A DNA stretch of 64,000 bases from Camelus dromedarius (Eukaryota), in assembly GCF_036321535.1 (NCBI RefSeq), contig NC_087437.1:107324001-107388000 (forward strand). Reading direction: 5' to 3'. The first letter of the stretch is position 1. Each line of letters begins with the position of its first letter. Below the pieces are notes generated by a model. The model did no database searches and was not told where the DNA came from. It saw only the letters and a list, made by a program, of their open reading frames with translations. Shown here piece by piece: positions 51,766 through 64,000 of the stretch. The position numbers were made by a program, and so were the translations under genes.

Positions 51766-54700
51766 CATTTCTCTTAGAAATCATTTAGCTAGCACTTTCA
51801 AACTATGACAACATGTTAGAAATACAATCTGAAGAAATTGTGTCTATAAGTGCTTTTTTTCCTCTCTTTCTTTCTCTTGGCTGTAAGCATAAGCTAGAGC
51901 CTTTGCATGGGGGTAAAATTTGTAAAAAGTCAATGGGCTAGTGTAAGTCGTAGGGGTTGGAAAACTTGATCTTGCCAAAGAGGTTTTTGGGAAAGTAAGA
52001 GGATCGCAGTGGGGGGCCCATTTTAAGAGGTGGTACAAAGGCTTTAGATTTAATTCCAGGAACAGTCAGAACTGGAGAGGTCAACCAGTTCTGTGGGTGG
52101 GTCATTATATACAGGAATTCAGTCAGTCTGCATGAGGTCAGGATTCTGGGAGGTCTGTCCATGCAGGAAAAGAGAGCCAACAAGTAGGTTTGAATAGGCA
52201 GGAGCTAGATCCCTGGGTGGCACATGGAAAAGAAGGGTAAAATTATATACTTAGGCATTGGTTTTCCCATCACATGGATTGGACCTCAGTGTAGGAATCC
52301 AGCCTACAGAGGGAATAAGGTACTACTGGGTGGAGTGGCAACCTTTTGGATTCCAAAAGGAATATCGAGACATGTGATCTGAACCATGAGGAAGTTAACA
52401 AACGGTGGTAAGTTGAGGACTGACTCCAGGCAAAGCTACCTTGAGCCTGAAGGACAGAGATATTTGAGGGAAACTGTGCCTGCTTCTAGGTCTTAGAGGT
52501 AGAACTATTTGAAATTCTCTGCCTATCGGAGGTTATGATGAGACACTTTTCCCAGGATAGGGCTTACAGCTGTGGCTGTTCTAAGCTCTGGAGTTGGCTA
52601 GAAGACAGAAAACAAGGCAGAGTCTGACACATTCACCGGAGCTTCCTTTGGAGTCATCAAACACATCTGAATTGTACAACCTAATCCACTCAATCTGGGA
52701 ATGGAGGAGTATTGGGGAGAGTTCCTTGACAAATTTCAAAATATACTTATTGAACTAAGATGTAATAGCCAAAAGGTTCTATCACGCGATTTTATTTGCA
52801 GTGGAAGGGATAATTCTTAGATCAAAATCAGATATTATGAAACTCACTAATGAGTTTGATTTGGCTATCTGATTTATATCGCTTATGGTTTAGTTTTTAA
52901 CTCCTGATTACTGTTTTTATTTCATACTAGATGTTGATTTCAGTTTCTCATACGAGCAGAGTAACCCTCATTTTTGTCCAAGAATTGACAGTTCTTGACC
53001 TGTGGTGTACTCCGCCTCCAATGAACCTGCTTTAGCGACTCAGTAGGAAAGGCTCAAATCCCTTCCATGTGCAAAATAATAATCTTGCTATTTTTCACAC
53101 TACTTCATTCTGCTTTATTATTTTTTTTAATCTATCTATTGTTGCCTGATGGCATGTCAATGCCACCTTACACAAGGGACTCAGAGTAAGTGTTCCAAGA
53201 GTATCTGTCTATTAAATTATGGTGACAATCAAAGGCTTTCAGTAATTATTGGATTAACTTGTATCATAATGAGAAATCACAAGAGAATTTCATGAACTCT
53301 AGCTTTCAAACCTGAATTTAAAATTTGTTTCTGTATATTTATATATATACAAGCTTCTGAGAATTTACATGTTTACCATTGGTTTTCTAAATTATTAAAA
53401 CATTGAAAATGGATATCTAGAGGAGGGAAATTCAATTACAAATGCTTAAAATGAGAAATTAGCAGGGGTTGATTAGTATTAACATATGAACCCATGTTTC
53501 AAATTCAAAGAAAATTACTGAGTATAGTAGCTTTATATATTTTCTCATAGTTTAATAGAGAGAGACATACTTCTTTTAAATTCTAGGGAAACATAAGCCT
53601 GCTTTATTTTAGATTTATGTCTAGTAAATACATTGTTTTCGAGAATAAAGATTGACATGTGAAGAACCATAGGGTAATTAGTGATAATGTGCAATGTAAC
53701 TTAGAAGCAAATCAATTGGCCATTACTAGAGACAATTTTAAAAGTTGATAGATTGGAAGGATATATAAGAAGAAAATTCAGATTGGATGACTCTTCCCAG
53801 TGTTATATAGATTGAAATACATTTTTCAAAGCCCAAATAAAAAAGTCATAGAAATTGAGAAACAAGAGAAAAAAACAAAATGGGAGAAAACATCTTTGGG
53901 CTTGACTCATAGTAAGAGGCTGCATCTAAATTTTGCAGCAGCATAAACTAAATTTGACTAAAAAATTCCTGATTTTGTTAGGTTTTTGATAATCTTTATT
54001 TCCCAAACAAATTATGTGCATAGACACTCATTTAGCATATAAAGGATTAATAACTAATTTGTAAACCTTAGTTATGTTTCACAATATGTGCTTTGCAGTC
54101 AACTGGTAGTTCCTGGGATGATTTCAGATAGTATATTAATAAATGTTTGAAATGTTTATTTAAGTATTAAATACAAATTTGAAAATGTAACTGGCACATA
54201 ATAACCATGATTTAGGTAGGTGCCCAAAGTTTTTGTTTTTGTTTCCCATAAATTGTGTAAGCTAAAAACGTGACAGAGAATTTAAAATAAAATGTTAAAT
54301 ATATACTAAAACATATGATATACAGATTTGGCTAGCTATGTGAAATTAACTGGTGTTTTGGAAACCTGGAAATAGAATCCCAGTGAAACCACCTTTTCAG
54401 GAACTGAAGTGCTCACATCCACCACTGGGGGTACTTCCCTCCTGCTGAAGTATTTGTGGAGTCAAACTGGAGATCAGAAAGTTGATTGTAAGCACAGACT
54501 CAACCGCAAAAGCATCTGTCTAGTTTTGATAACTATATCAGCAAAGTCATGTAAAACTCTAGAATCCCCTTTGGAAAACTGTAGTCTTGTTATAGCCTAT
54601 GATATTGGAGATCATGTAGTTAGTTATTTATTTTTCACAATGTGTAAGAGTTCCTTCTATTACCAAAGGATAGTCTTTATAGAATCATATGTTTGGAGAT

Positions 54701-55384
54701 TCCAGAGAAGCTCCTAAAATATTAAGATGAATACTCCTGAAAAAAAGAGTCTATGTCAAAATAGAAGGCAGACACAGGCTGTGGGAAGGCAGGCCCTGAA
54801 AAATGTGTTCCCAACAGGAAATACCAGACCTCAGGCAATGGAGAGGTGCTTTTGTTGAGTCTGAAATAACGTTCTATTCCATTTTTCTGCCCTGATTTCT
54901 TAACTCTCTGTTTCTAGTCTGTAAAGTAACTTACAGAGTTACCGAGAAGATGAAGCAAAATAATGTCACGTGGCAAACACTCAATAACAATATTATGAAC
55001 TTTTTGCCCGGAGAAGCTGAAGCTGGTGTTGGTTTTTTGTTTTTTTGTTTTTTTGGTGAGAATGGTGATTGTGAAATTGAGGAAACCATATTACTTGGAG
55101 GGACATGTGGGGAGTGTGGGCAGTCTTAAGTATAGACCTGAAAGCACTCCGAGGGAAAACATTCTTTCCACCGTGGAGTCCTGGCAGTCACGGCTGTTGG
55201 GGTGGCAGCAGCAGCTGTGGTAATAACACGAGCCAGGGAAGCAACAGGATTGACCTGGCAGAGTCAGTGGGGAGCTGACAGCAGCATGTGTGAGTGAAGG
55301 AACACCTTAAACTTCCAGGGAGCAGCTGGGGAAAGAAAGGGTAAACAATATTAAGTTCCGACACAAGGAGGTTCTTGGGAGCAG

Positions 55385-55590
55385 TGTGACATGGTGATAA
55401 AATGATGGATTCTGAACTTGAAAAAGTTCAGTAACAGTTATGTTCCTTGGACAGATTAATCTCTCAATGTCTCTTCTGTCATCTGTAAAGAGATGGTGGC
55501 ATTGATGCCTCCCCCAGAGCATTGCTGGGAAAACTCAATGAGAAACCCAGGTAAAGTGCCCAGCACAGTAAAAGCGCTCAGTAAACACAG
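55385..55590 (+). mobile_element. MIR SINE
   Basis: 'ccttggacagattaatctctc...tcatctgtaaag...taaagtgcccagcacagtaaaagcgctcagtaaac'. Confidence 0.7.
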
Positions 55591-56226
55591 GCTCCCAAGG
55601 GAAAATAAAGCAAATAACAATAATGGAAAAACAAAACAAAGCACTATGATCTTCCATGCTGTAGTGCTGAGAAACAAAAGAATGGATTTTATAACTGGAT
55701 ACATTTATCCTGAGCTGAGACACCATGCCCACAGTGAATCTATGATTACATATAAAGCACCTATTTCTTTATACTGAAGCGATAGATTTCACATTAAACC
55801 TTTTGATTTGGATATGCACTATGACAGCTAAAACAGCAGATATTTCTAGTCCACATTTAAGATAATGAAATTTTCATTTTCAGAATCTCCATTGTCGGAA
55901 TGCCAGTGAGTCCCATCTCTGGACATCCTTTTGGAAGATGAGCAGTTTTTCTTCATAACATTTAAAATAAAGTGGCCTTTGTTTCTTGGGAATTAGTGAC
56001 AAGCTACTCTCTTTGAAAATATCTGTCGTAGCCTATGTGATAAAATGCTTCATAGAAATGGGAAACCAAAGTAAGGAGTGTGCGTACCGGTTGCTCTAAA
56101 AAAGTCAGTCTGAAGCTATGTGTCCCTGGGGAGACCCCCGTGGGAAAGTGCTGAGCAGCCCAAAGCCTTCATGTGGAGCAAAAGACAAGGCTCCCCACGG
56201 GTTTGATGTCAAAGATTAGTGGAATG

Positions 56227-56322
56227 CTGGAGGGGGTGGGTATAGCTCAGTGGTAGAGCGCAGGCTTAGCATGCATGAGAGCTCAGGTTCAATCCCCAGT
56301 ACCTCCATTAAAAAAAAAAAAA
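56227..56322 (+). mobile_element. Camelid tRNA-Ala-derived SINE (Vic-1 type), short form, with 16-bp TSD
   Basis: 'gggtatagctcagtggtagagcgcaggcttagcatgcatgagagctcaggttcaatccccagtacctccatt' plus poly-A; TSD aaagattaRtggaatg at 56211-56226 and 56320-56335. Confidence 0.93.
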
Positions 56323-56865
56323 GATTAATGGAATGTACTTCTCTTATACGACTGTCTTCCAATGCTGTGGTCCTCAAACGTCAAGTAAATAACATTAAGA
56401 TATTGACATATCAGGCTTGGATACAGTAATTTTACTCTTTTCCTGTTTGTGTTACTCGATCTTGAGTATTTAGTCATGGGTATCCCCAACGAAAAATTAA
56501 TCTTTAGACCATGAATGAGAAATGTGCCTTCAACAGCAGAGCCATGCAGAAGAGGGAGGATGGGATTAGCTACAAGAGGGCTGTTGCCTAAACATATCAT
56601 TGCTTTCATCCTTGCAACATGGCAAACACTGATGAAAATTGAAGAGCTGTTCGTGGGTCCATTTTATTTGCATTTGTCAGCTCTGCTGCCTCTCTGAACT
56701 CACTGTGAAAAAGCATCTCTTTAAACCTTGAGGGGATGGAGAGTGCTTTCTGATTCTGATTGTTATCTCATTAATTTCAGGAAGGATTAAATGAAATGTA
56801 ATGCCAAGGCTAAATACCCCCCCAAAAATTCATTAATCTTTTCCAAAAAAAAGACATTTACAACT

Positions 56866-56895
56866 GAGAGAGAGAGAGAGAAAGAGAAAGAGAGA
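56866..56895. repeat. (GA)n microsatellite, imperfect
   Basis: Directly visible. Confidence 0.85.
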
Positions 56896-56979
56896 TATCT
56901 ATCTGAATCCTGAAAAGGGAGAGATGGAGAGATTAACATTAACTGGAAAGGTGTGAATTGACTTCTTGAAGTTGGCCTG

Positions 56980-57200
56980 GATGAGAGTGGAGTTTGACTT
57001 CAGATGACCTCTGTTCAAACCAGACTCCTACTCGCTGATAGTGCAGCTTTAGTCAAGTTACTTAGTACCCAGTACGTTAGTTTTTTTCAAGCAGAACCTA
57101 ACCCCATTCCTTGGAAATTTTAAATAAATTACTAAATGGAAAGCACTTAAAATGCTACATGGCATTCAGTCAACTCTACATAAGTGTTAGTTGTCATTAT
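56980..57200 (+). mobile_element. MIR SINE
   Basis: 'gttcaaaccagactcctact', 'tttagtcaagttactta', 'aaagcacttaaaa'. Confidence 0.55.
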
Positions 57201-58479
57201 TACGGAAAAATATGCATGTAAGTTAGGCATTTGTGCTCATGTTTCCCTTGTATGTTCTACGATGAACTTGTTTTCTGACAGCATAACTCTAAGATTACAG
57301 TACGAACTATCATCTCTTTCTCATCTTGTGAACATTTGTAAAGATGTATACTAGACTTGGCCGCCTGCCATAGAATCTGACTCTAATGGTTAGGGAAACA
57401 GAGATGTAATTTCGAGGAGACGGATTTTTTTTTTTTAAGTCTCCATGAATTAGGCATATAAGAACTAGTGACTTCTGAATCAAATTATGAAAGCTAATGT
57501 TTGGAATAAAAATAACTCAAGATGTTTAAATATGGACATTTCTGAGGTAATCCTTTTAACTGTGTCCTTCACCTAAAGCTACAGAATGAAATGTTGAGAC
57601 TAATTTAATTTTGATAGCCTGGGTTTCTGTGCTGTTTTAAATATAGCTTAATCATAGCTTGTTAAGGACATGTGCAGTGTAATGGAAAGATGATTGGATT
57701 TGGAATCAGAAAAATGCTTTCCAAACTATTGTCTGTAGGAAACAAGTTCTGAAAGGTGTTTGCAAGGGTTCTATGAAGAGAGATATCCTCAGCCAAGTAA
57801 GTGGGAAAATGCTGAATTTTAGCAGATCGGAGTTTAGAATCCAGCACTCCTATGTATAGGATACACACTATAGAATAAGTCATGTTTTCAAAACCCCATT
57901 TGTAAGAAACCAAAGTTTTCTTTTTGTGATGAAAAAAATAAGATAATATACATAAAAAGACCCAAGAAATAGATCCTTGATGTGTGCTGATGAACTCAGC
58001 TTTAGAGTTTACAAATGGACCTGAAAACTGGCCATTTCTTTCATATGTTTGACATTCTTCAGAGACAAAGTAACTCCCATTGGAAATGAAAAAATACCCT
58101 GCTTATTAGGAAGAGTTCTAGCTGCATTTCAGACTTAGATATGATTAAAGAAATTAATATTATTATTATATTATTAATATTATTATTGATGATTTAAAAA
58201 TATTGTTTGTTGCATAGCCATATTTTCTCTTTGGTGATTTTCCCCCCTATATACTATTTCTTTAATATGTTTTATCATAGGGGAAAGCAAACAAACAAAA
58301 AGTAGAGAAAGAAAAAACATCAGAATGGGGTTTGAATAGGAAGCAGAAAAACAGTTTTTAAACTTTACCAACTTAACCATCAGTTAAAATGGAGGTAATT
58401 ATAAACATAGTTTAGTGCATATATGTTTAGAAAACCAATGAAAAATAATAGTTGGAAAACTGCTATGTCTCCAAAAGAA

Positions 58480-59115
58480 AAACACAGACATTAACATGTA
58501 TTAGAAAGAAAATGAAACAACTGGAAATCTTATACACTCCTGGTGGTAGTGTAAAATGTACAGCCAGCTACTTGGAAAATGATTTGGGAGAATCTATTAA
58601 AGTTGGACACAGTCATATCCAATGACCTATAATTCCAGAAACACCTGCTTGCCAAAAGACATGTAGTAGAATCTTAATAGCAGCACTGTTTGAAATAGCC
58701 CCAAAGCTTAAACTATCCAAATGGCCATCAGCAGTAGCATGGACACGTAAGCAATGGTCTATTCACACAATGGAATTGATGGAGCTAGACAATGAACTGC
58801 CTAGAACTTGAGCAATAATTTAAATGTATCTCACACGCACATTTGGGTGACAGAATCCAGACATGAAAGGGTTCGTACCGTATGATTTTATGTATGTAAA
58901 ACTGGCGAAACCTCTGTTAGAAGTTAGAACAGTGATTACCTTGGAGAGGCAGTGACTGGAACAGAACTCAGTGGCGCATGCCCAGGACTTGGACTGGTTC
59001 AGTGTCTCGATCTGGTGCTGGTTTCATGGATGTGATCAGCTTCTAAAAATGTATTGAGCCTATACTTAAGCTATGTGTACTTTTCTGTGGTATATTTTAC
59101 TTCAGTAAAATGATA
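58480..59115 (+). mobile_element. Old LINE-1 3' end (L1ME/L1MC type)
   Basis: 'aacaactggaaatcttatacactcctggtggtagtgtaaaatg', 'taatagcagcactgtttgaaatagcccca', 'gaagttagaacagtgattaccttgg'. Confidence 0.8.
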
Positions 59116-60424
59116 AATAAGGACATGTAACTTTAAAAAAAATTTCTGATTAAAAAAAAAATCTAGCCCCCCAAAGCGACCTCATCCAACTTCAGAACTG
59201 AGAACTATCTCTAGGTGTTGTAGGAGTCACCCAGGGACAGGTTTCTGCTTTATATAAAATGATTATTTTTCTCTTTTTATGCACAGCATTAGGGTTAACC
59301 TGCTGTGGAATAATTTATGCTGTGGAATAATCTTTACTTGTTATTAGCTAATGAAAAGACCGTTTTGAACTACCAACTGCTGTAACTTTTTCTTCAGTTC
59401 ATGATGCTGCCATGGCGAGTCCTTACACTTAGGGTTATTTTTGAAATAAAAATGTAATGACTGACTAAGTGCCCTGTGTGAGCAAAAGCAGGCTTGAATT
59501 TCAGATCTGGGTCTCGACTCTCCTTTGCTATCTTTTGGGTGAAAGTACATGGCCTCCCTGAACTTCACATGCCCAGGTACAAAATGAAAATGAAAACATT
59601 GACTAGGATTGGTATAACCATTCAGTACAATATGTTATGATGAAGCATAGTAAACAAAGTTTCTATTATGTGGAAAATTACAAAAAAATGGAGGGGAGGG
59701 ATGTTTTTGCTTGGCTCCCAACATCTGAATAATAGGTAGATAGATAGATACAGATATATTTAATAGGAAACATAAATTATATGCTAACTGTAACTTGAGG
59801 TTTTTTAATCCCTGCATATGAACATGTTTTTAAAAATTACTCATGCACAGTAGTTTTTACATTGCCCAAAGCCAATCACTTTTTATTTAGCTGAGATTTC
59901 TTCTCTGCTATTTTTGGAATTAAGTGTAGTCCACTGAAACGTATCAGAAATGTTGCACCTGATATGCCATATGGCACTTGCAAAAGCCACTTTTATTCTG
60001 ATAACCAACAACAGTGGAGAGATGATAAAATGGCTTCTTGGTGCAGTTAGGGTTACTCTGAGAGACTACCAGCAGGCCTCTGCTCTTACCTTACTTTGAA
60101 GTCTTGAAAAGCTACCATATAGCTTTGGGTCTCAGACTCTTTTTCTGTGAAATGGACCAATACTCCAAGAGGATCGTATCTGAGCTTATGTCCAATTATA
60201 CACACATGATCTTTTCTTAAGTTCAAATAAAATTTTCCAACATGCTCTTCTATAGAATTTCTTCAGGAATATGGAAATCTGATATGCAATATTACAGTTA
60301 TCATATTTGAATCTGAAAATTTCATATTTGAATCAGCATTTGAAGCAATTCACAGTAAAACATGGCAATAAAACTAAACATTAGATTTCTATTTGAAAAA
60401 TTTATAGATTTTCAATAAATTACA

Positions 60425-61590
60425 ATGGCAGACACTGTTGGCTATCAACTCTGTAGCATTTTACCATCCTGCCTTCCTTCCAAAAACAGACCTTTAGTTT
60501 TATCAGATATCTGATCTGGTACATATATTTTAGGGAAGTCTGGTTTCTCCAACCTTTGTCAACAATCCTAATAAGTTTATGTAAATAATGGTAATTCTAT
60601 GCCCTTTGACTAGGATTGATTTAGAAGGGTGATTGTGACATAATTCTTGCCAATGACACATCAGAAGATACATACTTAGTGGCTTCTGGATAAGTTTCTT
60701 CCTTCTTCAAACGAATTGAGAAAGGGAACTCTCTCCTGGTCATAGGGTATTGCTGGTAAAGATTTTGTACTGGGTTTGAGGCAGTCATCTTATCACCATG
60801 AGGTTAGTATTGGACCGGGTCCAATAAGGAAGCAGAAGCCACAAGGATTATTTTAACATAGAGGATTTAGCATAATGGATTTTAATCATGTATTGGAGAA
60901 CTGAAAAGGAAAAAAAAAATAACTTAAAGGTGTCATGGGTGTGGTAACCGTAGGGACGTATTTGTCACTCTCATAGTTGAGGGAACAGAGGAAAGAGTTC
61001 GCAATTATTACATTTTGGAGTTGAAGGAAGAGGGCCGACAGCTACGATTTTGACTTCCGCGGAGAGACACCGCCTGGCTGGCTCTGTGTCTCACATGGTG
61101 AAACGCAACTTGAGAGATTATGGAGCCCCTGGAAATTGCAATCATCTGGTGGCACTGTAAGGAACTGCCGCTGCCTGGGGGAAAGGTTAGTTATTGTCTG
61201 GTTCACTCGACAAAACAGGAAGCAGGAGGAGTCTGCCTCTTCTCGGCACTTCGGTCCAGTCTCTCTGGCGTGAGCCCCTTACTGGCTGAGGCTAACAGGG
61301 AGCCCCACCCGGCACCAGGAAACGTGTTACGCAGGATCCCAGCCCCAGCATCACCAGCAGAGTACAAAAGCATGGCTCTGAAGCTGATAGACAATTGCCT
61401 GATGATCAGCATGAGGTACAAGTCTGAGGACAAAATCATCATCATGAGAGTAGAAGAGTGGGAAACGACATCACTGAGCTCCTGAATTAGCCGCCTCTAA
61501 AAAATCTTAATATCATGCTTTTATGCATATATCATAAACTCATAATTATTTAAGCCCATTGAGTTAGAGCTTCTTTGACTTGCTACCTCA
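60425..61590 (+). mobile_element. Old MLT1 (MaLR) LTR split by an LTR41-like insertion
   Basis: 'tggcagacactgttggct', 'tgtgacataattcttgccaatgac', 'gcagtcatcttatcaccatgagg'; resumes after 61411 with 'gacatcactgagctcctgaattagcc...tttaagccc'. Confidence 0.6.
60805..61411 (-). mobile_element. LTR41-like ERVL solo LTR
   Basis: 'gggtccaataaggaagcagaagccaca...ttattttaacatagaggattta...tattggagaactgaaaagg'; end 'cagcatcaccagcagagta...agctgatagacaat'; flanking catgaggt duplicated at 60797-60804 and 61410-61417. Confidence 0.6.
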
Positions 61591-62199
61591 AGTATTCAAA
61601 TTGGCAAAAATGCAGGGAGTTACTCTGAAATCATAGCAGTAAAAATTGGTTGAAAGATTTTTTTTAAATGTCTACATTATAACATGATAGTTATATTAAA
61701 AAAAGAATTACCACGGTATGTTTCTACAATTATATTCTCAGTATCATCTTAACATAACCTGAAAAAAAATTAAATTGTTTTCAGACTGCATAAAAATGAG
61801 ACTCACAGTGTTGAAATTAATGCCCCAATTCTCTAAATAACCTACATATTCCTTCTTTCTTTCTCCTTTTATCTCTCTCTCTCACATACACACACACAAA
61901 CACACACACATTAAACCCAGCCATACCTAAAGAAAGACTAGGGTGAATTTCTATCAACCTTTAAAAAACGATTAACTATGAATGATGGAATTATAGATGA
62001 TTATTTCAATTTTCTCTGGGTATTTTCTGAATTACTGTTTTCTCCCCTTCAATGAATATGCATACATTTGTAATTAGAAAAATGTTTTTAAAAATGTTTG
62101 TTCCTTTCGGTCTTTGTTTTAATGGTATCTTCTCATACAGATTTTCCTTTGTATATTATCTAAAATTGTAGCCTAGAGACTGTAAATTTCCCTTTCTTT

Positions 62200-62390
62200 A
62201 CGTTATTTTTTATTTTAGCACTTAACACTAACATACATTATATTTATTCAGCACATTTTTGTTTGTTTCCCTTACTAATATATCTGCTTCACGAGAGCCA
62301 GGATTATTTCTTATTTTGTTCATTGATGTGTCCCCAGCACCTACACCATATGTGTACTGTATCCAGAGTTCAATACATATTTGTTGAAAA
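62200..62390 (+). mobile_element. L2 3' end fragment
   Basis: 'ttttgttcattgatgtgtccccagcacctac...ttcaatacatatttgttgaa'. Confidence 0.7.
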
Positions 62391-64000
62391 AGGATTTACT
62401 TTGCTAAATGCACATCTGTGGTATAAGCATAATCTTAAGGCTATTTCTTATGCTGAGCAAGTGAACAGTAAAGAAAATAAAATATTATCCACATGCATAA
62501 GAGATTAAAATTCAACACTTTCTAATGGGATTAGCAAAATCATAGGAGGTTCTACACACAGAGGCCTCTGTCCAGTCAATCTGATAGCCATCTAGAAACA
62601 CCAATGTGTTTGTTAATGACCTTCAAACTATATGTTTTTGCTAAAGCTGAGAACCTAGGGGTTCCTGTGTACTGGTTTGAGGGTGGCCACCTTTTGGAGG
62701 GAGGCAAATGATCTTTACAGAAAATACAAATACTTTTTTTCTTGATGCTGTGGAAAAGCAATTCTAAGAAAAGTTGGCTTTTAAATGTTTGGACAGTCCT
62801 TGTGATTCTGGTTCTGCTTACAGAGAGACTAAAAGGGTGGTGGCCTTGTAGCAGTTCCTACAAAAACTGGCTGGTGCCCCAGCTGCTGTTGAGATCCATT
62901 GAAACCTGGCAGGAGAACGAAACTTGAGTTCTTTCATCCCCTTTCTTCTTATGCTTGTTTGCTTTGGACCTTTGGACCTCACTCGTTAGTGAGTGTTAAC
63001 AAGGCCTTTTAAAAGGAGCAAGTAGTAAAGGGAAAAATAACAAAAGAGTGAAGGAGAGAAGTCAAACCTGAAGCAGGAGTAGAGTGGAAAGCAAAACAGA
63101 AAGGAGCAGATCCAAAATTTTTCAGTTGATTATCTTCAAATATGGAAGCATATCATGATCTGGTTCCTTACCAAACTGGGGGAACAGCATCTTCCAAAAA
63201 TCCATCATTTCCTTTAAACTCAATTTCCCCCATGTGCAAGTTACTGAAAGTGAAGTCACCATCAGAATAAACACCATACTAAACCAGATTCAATTACAGA
63301 ATAGTAGATTGACCCAGTTGTTGGGAACATTGAGACATCTGGACCACCAACATCCTTGTCAAGTTTATTTCCTTAAAAATAAACAGTTTTGATGTTTGAA
63401 GCACTTGACGTTAGTGACTGAAAAATTGAAAGTAAACACTTGGTTTGTTTTATATGAATATCATTTGAATAAATTTATTAGAAAACTCATGTGCTTTTTT
63501 ACTTTATTGGAAAACTACTTAGTCACCTGAATAATAATTTACTCAATGATATTTGAGTGACTTGAAAGAGGTTAAACAATTATGTAAGTACCTAAATTAA
63601 CCTAGAGAAAAATATCTACACCAGACACTCACAATTATGATGGTACTAAAAGGTTCATTAGAAAGTCATTTAATCCTAACTTAATGATTCATTCAAATCA
63701 AATGAGTGTGATTCACTCAAATCATTTTCTATCAAGCGTGTCCTATGTGCCAAACACCAGTTCTAGGTACTTGAGATATGCATCAGTCAGCTTTTGAGTA
63801 GGAATGTGTTACATCACACACAATCCCTAGTCCTACTGGGTTACAAGAATATTTATGACTTGCACCTGGATCTGTGGAATGTCTGTAGTTCTGCTGGGCT
63901 CTGCTGAGTTAGTCCGAGTTTAGAATTAGGCACGTGTAGGATCCAGGTTCGCATTGCCTACCATTCTAGAAACATACCCCAAAAAGCAGTAGCTGCCACG

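Noticed and set aside
55884..55905. Possible 22-nt exon (ttttcattttcag | ... | gtgagt)
   Set aside because: Short pyrimidine tract, length not a multiple of 3 and no other support; compatible with chance.
56227..56310. Apparent tRNA-Ala(AGC) gene (also 12270-12338, 40160-40236, 47348-47425)
   Set aside because: Poly-A tails, TSDs, a G-rich leader and stem-disrupting changes mark these as SINE copies, not tRNA genes.
59301..59331. Direct repeat tgctgtggaataat x2 (similarly catagtgattcaatta x2 at about 20467-20524)
   Set aside because: Two-copy slippage duplications with no array structure.
1..64000. CRISPR array, operon or other prokaryotic/viral system
   Set aside because: No regularly spaced repeat-spacer units, no long ORFs and no gene-dense organisation; the sequence is mammalian and repeat-derived.

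Overview
This is AT-rich, repeat-rich mammalian genomic DNA. It is almost certainly from a camelid (camel, alpaca or llama), because it carries four tRNA-Ala-derived SINEs of the Vic-1 type. I can support no intact protein-coding gene. The only supplied ORFs with recognisable protein similarity are decayed LINE-1 ORF1/ORF2 and ERVL pol remnants; the rest are microsatellite or chance ORFs. The window reads as intergenic or deep-intronic sequence made of L1/HAL1, L2, MIR, MaLR/ERVL/ERV1 LTRs, hAT MITEs and microsatellites, many of them nested. The most unusual item is a rearranged, 3'-truncated 7SK retrocopy joined in opposite orientation to a short L1 3' tail, apparently inside one target-site duplication (TSD) at 45108-45461. 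That layout suggests twin priming on two different RNAs. Also notable are two classical twin-primed (5'-inverted) L1s and a candidate frame-preserving 21-nt microexon at 25491-25511. I found no evidence for a new multi-gene system. Repeat subfamily names come from remembered consensus sequences, not a database search, and most boundaries are approximate.
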